Below, one piece after another: positions 7,450 to 9,963 of a stretch of 9,963 nucleotides of DNA (its first letter is position 1; each line of letters opens with the position of its first letter). Position numbers and translations under genes: made by a program. The stretch comes from a virus. Taxonomy: Duplodnaviria; Heunggongvirae; Uroviricota; Caudoviricetes. The stretch covers positions 1-9,963 of the IMG/VR virus record IMGVR_UViG_648276656_000002; one strand, given 5' to 3'. The notes below the pieces were generated by a model. That model made no database searches, was not told where the DNA came from, and worked only from the letters and a program-made list of their open reading frames with translations.

Positions 7450-7598
7450 ACATCTGAATTTCACAGCGCATCTCACGCGCATATTACATCACCCGAGCCT
7501 TTCAGAAAGTTGAGCCTGAGAACTGCCGTATATGGTGGCGACCATCTCGGGGCGGCTTTTCTGTGAGACAGGCTCACTTTCTAAAAGGTAAAGACGCT

Positions 7599-8117
7599 AT
7601 GAATCATCAATTGGCTAATCTCGATTTCCGGGACATGGTGGTTGTTTCTGGTGATCGCGTGATCACAACCTCCCGCAAGGTAGCAGCTTACTTCGACAAG
7701 CAGCATCACCACATCATTCAGAAAATCGAAAAGCTAGACTGTTCGGATGAATTTCTAACCAGCAACTTTTCGCGGGTTACCTATGAACACAAGGGTAATC
7801 AGTATGTTGAATATGAAATTTCCAAAGACGGTGCGATGTACATCATCATGTCGTTTACCGGCAAAAAAGCTGCCGCCATCAAAGAGGCGTTTATCAAAGC
7901 ATTTAATTGGATGCGTGACAGGCTGATGGAGATGGCTCACTCATACCAAAGAGAGCACAACGAGTTAATGCTGGAGTTCATGAAGGAAAAGGATGTTGCC
8001 AGTATGTCAGGACGCTTGCTGAACCGCTGGGGCAGGATCAAAAAACCGCAACTCATAGCAAGAATCAAAAGGCTTGAGCAGCAGGCGCAAATATCGATCC
8101 CCGGACTGCCAAAGTGA
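7599..8117 (+). CDS. rha: Rha-family phage regulatory protein
   Basis: Start chosen at ATG 7599 (AAGG ribosome-binding site upstream); the ORF-track start at 7563 is GTG. Rha-family signature: VVVSGDRVITTSRKVAAYFDKQHHHIIQKIEKL ... MSFTGKKAAAIKEAFIKAFNWM. Position between lysis genes and terminase as in P22. Confidence 0.8.
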   Translation: MNHQLANLDFRDMVVVSGDRVITTSRKVAAYFDKQHHHIIQKIEKLDCSDEFLTSNFSRVTYEHKGNQYVEYEISKDGAMYIIMSFTGKKAAAIKEAFIKAFNWMRDRLMEMAHSYQREHNELMLEFMKEKDVASMSGRLLNRWGRIKKPQLIARIKRLEQQAQISIPGLPK

Positions 8118-8210
8118 CCATTCCAAAGCCCATCTACGGGTGGGCTTGATAATGAAACCGTGATTTACATCCCCACAATCCGGGTATGTAAAAGATAGTT
8201 CAGGCGAGAA

Positions 8211-8228
8211 CAGATTTAACTAAATCTG
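8211..8228. repeat. Perfect 8-bp inverted repeat with 2-bp spacer (CAGATTTA-AC-TAAATCTG)
   Basis: Read directly from the sequence; lies in the 350-bp non-coding region between rha and the 80-aa ORF. Confidence 0.5.
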
Positions 8229-8469
8229 TGCACCACCAGTTACGGCAGTACCACGAAGCAACCCAAGCCAGTAAGTGGGGAAATAACACTGGCAGCCACT
8301 GAAAGATGAACCTCCAGCCTTATGGCAAAAAAGATTCTTTGTGGTGGCGGACTGATGGAAAGACATCGGTTATTGCAGAGGCCATTCAATGAGTGGTCTC
8401 GACAATGGCTTATACCCTGCACGGGATAACTTAACTGATATCCCTTTTAACGGATAAACGGAGCCAACA

Positions 8470-8712
8470 ATGGCAGAGATTATTCCCATGACTGAAGAAC
8501 AGAAATTCCAGCTAGAGATTTACAAACTGGTCATGAACCAGAACGCAGCAGCAGAGGAAGCATTTCAGTTCATTGGTACTGACGAGCTGAAGCTTGAGCT
8601 ATTCAAAATTCACTTCCAGTCAGGCGGCGCTAATTCGGATATCACGACCCGCACTATCGAAGCGGTGCGTAAATCGAAGGAAGCGTTAGACCTGTTCACT
8701 ACCGGAGCATAA
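8470..8712 (+). CDS. Hypothetical protein, 80 aa (orf80-like ORF preceding the small terminase)
   Basis: ATG 8470 preceded by GGAG at 8460-8463. Acidic, predicted helical, no recognisable motif. Conserved position upstream of terS in P22-like phages as I recall. Confidence 0.55.
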   Translation: MAEIIPMTEEQKFQLEIYKLVMNQNAAAEEAFQFIGTDELKLELFKIHFQSGGANSDITTRTIEAVRKSKEALDLFTTGA

Positions 8713-8791
8713 ACATGGCAACTCAAGGTTTCGACAACCCATCCAAATTCCGCGATGAATGGGATAAGCAAGCAGAAGGGAAATAATCAAT

Positions 8792-9217
8792 ATGGCGACT
8801 GAGAAAAAGAACGTCGGTCGCCCTTCGGATTACCTGCCGGAGGTGGCTGATGATATCTGTGCGCTGCTTGCCTCCGGGGAAAGTCTGGTTAAGGTTTGCA
8901 AGCGCCCCGGCATGCCAGCAAAGGCTACTGTATTTCGCTGGCTGTCAGAGCATGACGAATTTAGAGACAAGTACGCGAAGGCAACTGAGGCACGAGCTGA
9001 TTCTATTTTCGAAGAGATATTCGAAATTGCTGACAATGCGATTCCAGATGCTGCTGAGGTGGCAAAGGCAAGACTTCGCGTTGATACCCGCAAATGGGCG
9101 CTGGCCCGAATGAATCCACGTAAGTATGGCGACAAGGTAACTAATGAGCTTGTCGGCAAAGACGGCGGCGCAATCCAGATTGAAACATCACCGATGAGCA
9201 CTCTATTCGGAAAATGA
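8792..9217 (+). CDS. Terminase small subunit (Sf6 gp1-like)
   Basis: 141 aa. N-terminal HTH-like region [43 protein letters not shown], then a conserved helical core [17 protein letters not shown] ... [16 protein letters not shown]. Stop overlaps the large-subunit start (ATGA 9214-9217). Confidence 0.85.
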   Translation: MATEKKNVGRPSDYLPEVADDICALLASGESLVKVCKRPGMPAKATVFRWLSEHDEFRDKYAKATEARADSIFEEIFEIADNAIPDAAEVAKARLRVDTRKWALARMNPRKYGDKVTNELVGKDGGAIQIETSPMSTLFGK

Positions 9218-9936
9218 CCTCGATTAATCCTATCTTTGAACCGTTCATTGAGGCGCATCGCTACAAAGTCGCCAAAGGCGGTCGAGGTAGCGGTAAATCA
9301 TGGGCAATTGCGAGGCTGCTTGTTGAAGCGGCGCGTCGGCAGCCGGTGCGCATCCTCTGTGCTCGTGAACTGCAAAACAGTATCAGTGATTCGGTAATCC
9401 GGCTGCTTGAAGATACCATCGAGCGTGAAGGGTATTCAGCTGAGTTTGAAATTCAGCGTTCAATGATTCGTCATCTCGGAACGAATGCTGAATTCATGTT
9501 CTACGGCATCAAAAACAACCCGACGAAGATTAAATCGCTCGAAGGTATTGATATCTGCTGGGTGGAAGAAGCGGAAGCGGTAACGAAGGAATCATGGGAT
9601 ATCCTGATCCCAACCATCCGCAAGCCATTTTCCGAAATATGGGTGAGCTTCAACCCGAAAAACATCCTCGACGATACCTATCAGCGATTCGTAGTAAACC
9701 CTCCCGATGATATTTGTCTGCTGACGGTGAACTACACCGACAACCCGCACTTTCCTGAAGTTCTCCGTCTGGAGATGGAAGAGTGTAAACGCAGAAACCC
9801 GACACTGTATCGTCACATCTGGCTTGGTGAGCCAGTAAGCGCAAGTGATATGGCAATCATCAAACGTGAATGGCTTGAAGCTGCAACTGATGCGCACAAG
9901 CAACTCGGATGGAAAGCGAAGGGTGCGGTTGTTTGA
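9214..9936 (+). CDS. Terminase large subunit, N-terminal ATPase domain only (apparently truncated at codon 240)
   Basis: Walker A GGRGSGKS at nt 9277-9300, Walker B-like DICWVEEAE, and an SFNP coupling-type motif. The ORF ends at TGA 9934-9936 with no nuclease domain. Confidence 0.85.
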   Translation: MTSINPIFEPFIEAHRYKVAKGGRGSGKSWAIARLLVEAARRQPVRILCARELQNSISDSVIRLLEDTIEREGYSAEFEIQRSMIRHLGTNAEFMFYGIKNNPTKIKSLEGIDICWVEEAEAVTKESWDILIPTIRKPFSEIWVSFNPKNILDDTYQRFVVNPPDDICLLTVNYTDNPHFPEVLRLEMEECKRRNPTLYRHIWLGEPVSASDMAIIKREWLEAATDAHKQLGWKAKGAVV

Positions 9937-9963
9937 AGTGGTCAACAAAAACTGGCCACCGAG
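9934..9963. mobile_element. Possible terminal inverted repeat of an IS3-family insertion sequence (IS911-like); continues beyond the window
   Basis: The terminase frame stops exactly where the sequence becomes TGAAGTGGTCAACAAAAACTGGCCACCGAG, which begins with the 5'-TG typical of IS3-family ends and resembles my recollection of an IS911 end. Recollection only; unverified. Confidence 0.3.

Noticed and set aside
7423-7566. 47-aa + strand ORF starting inside the post-Rz terminator
   Set aside because: Overlaps the terminator hairpin and the rha upstream region, with no ribosome-binding site; likely fortuitous.
8240-8422. 60-aa minus-strand ORF in the rha-to-orf80 intergenic region
   Set aside because: Non-ATG start, no ribosome-binding site, low-complexity translation; the region is better explained as non-coding regulatory DNA.
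8850-9948. Alternative-frame and antisense ORFs inside the terminase genes (8830-9258 minus, 8850-9113 plus, 9592-9948 minus, 9650-9856 minus)
   Set aside because: Embedded in the terminase genes, which have clear ATPase and HTH motifs; no independent support.
1-9963. CRISPR array, integrase/att site, or lambda-type cos/Nu1
   Set aside because: No direct-repeat/spacer periodicity anywhere; no tyrosine or serine recombinase ORF; the terminase is not the Nu1/A type, so a lambda cos site is not expected in this window.

Overview
All annotated genes are on the + strand. The window reads as a tightly packed segment of a mosaic lambdoid enterobacterial phage or prophage (about 50% GC, E. coli/Shigella-like). 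In order: the 3' end of a replication-initiator gene and a DnaB-family helicase; a nin region (two small membrane ORFs, NinB, a Dam-family adenine methyltransferase, NinE, NinF, a KilAC-type antirepressor-like gene, YbcO/DUF1364, RusA, NinH); a lambda-type Q antiterminator with the late promoter PR', qut/6S leader and tR'; a lambda-type lysis cassette (S with dual start, R, Rz with embedded Rz1); an intrinsic terminator; an Rha-family gene; a 350-bp non-coding stretch; an 80-aa ORF; and a small and a large terminase subunit. Nothing here is an obvious complete novel defence system. The most notable observations are (1) the large terminase ORF stops after only the ATPase domain, 27 bp before the window edge, at a sequence resembling an IS3-family terminal repeat; (2) a degenerate tRNA-like element between tR' and S; (3) accessory cargo in the nin region (antirepressor-like gene, orphan methyltransferase, small membrane peptides); and (4) a structured non-coding region between rha and the packaging genes. 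All homology statements come from reading the translations against remembered protein families; no database search was run.
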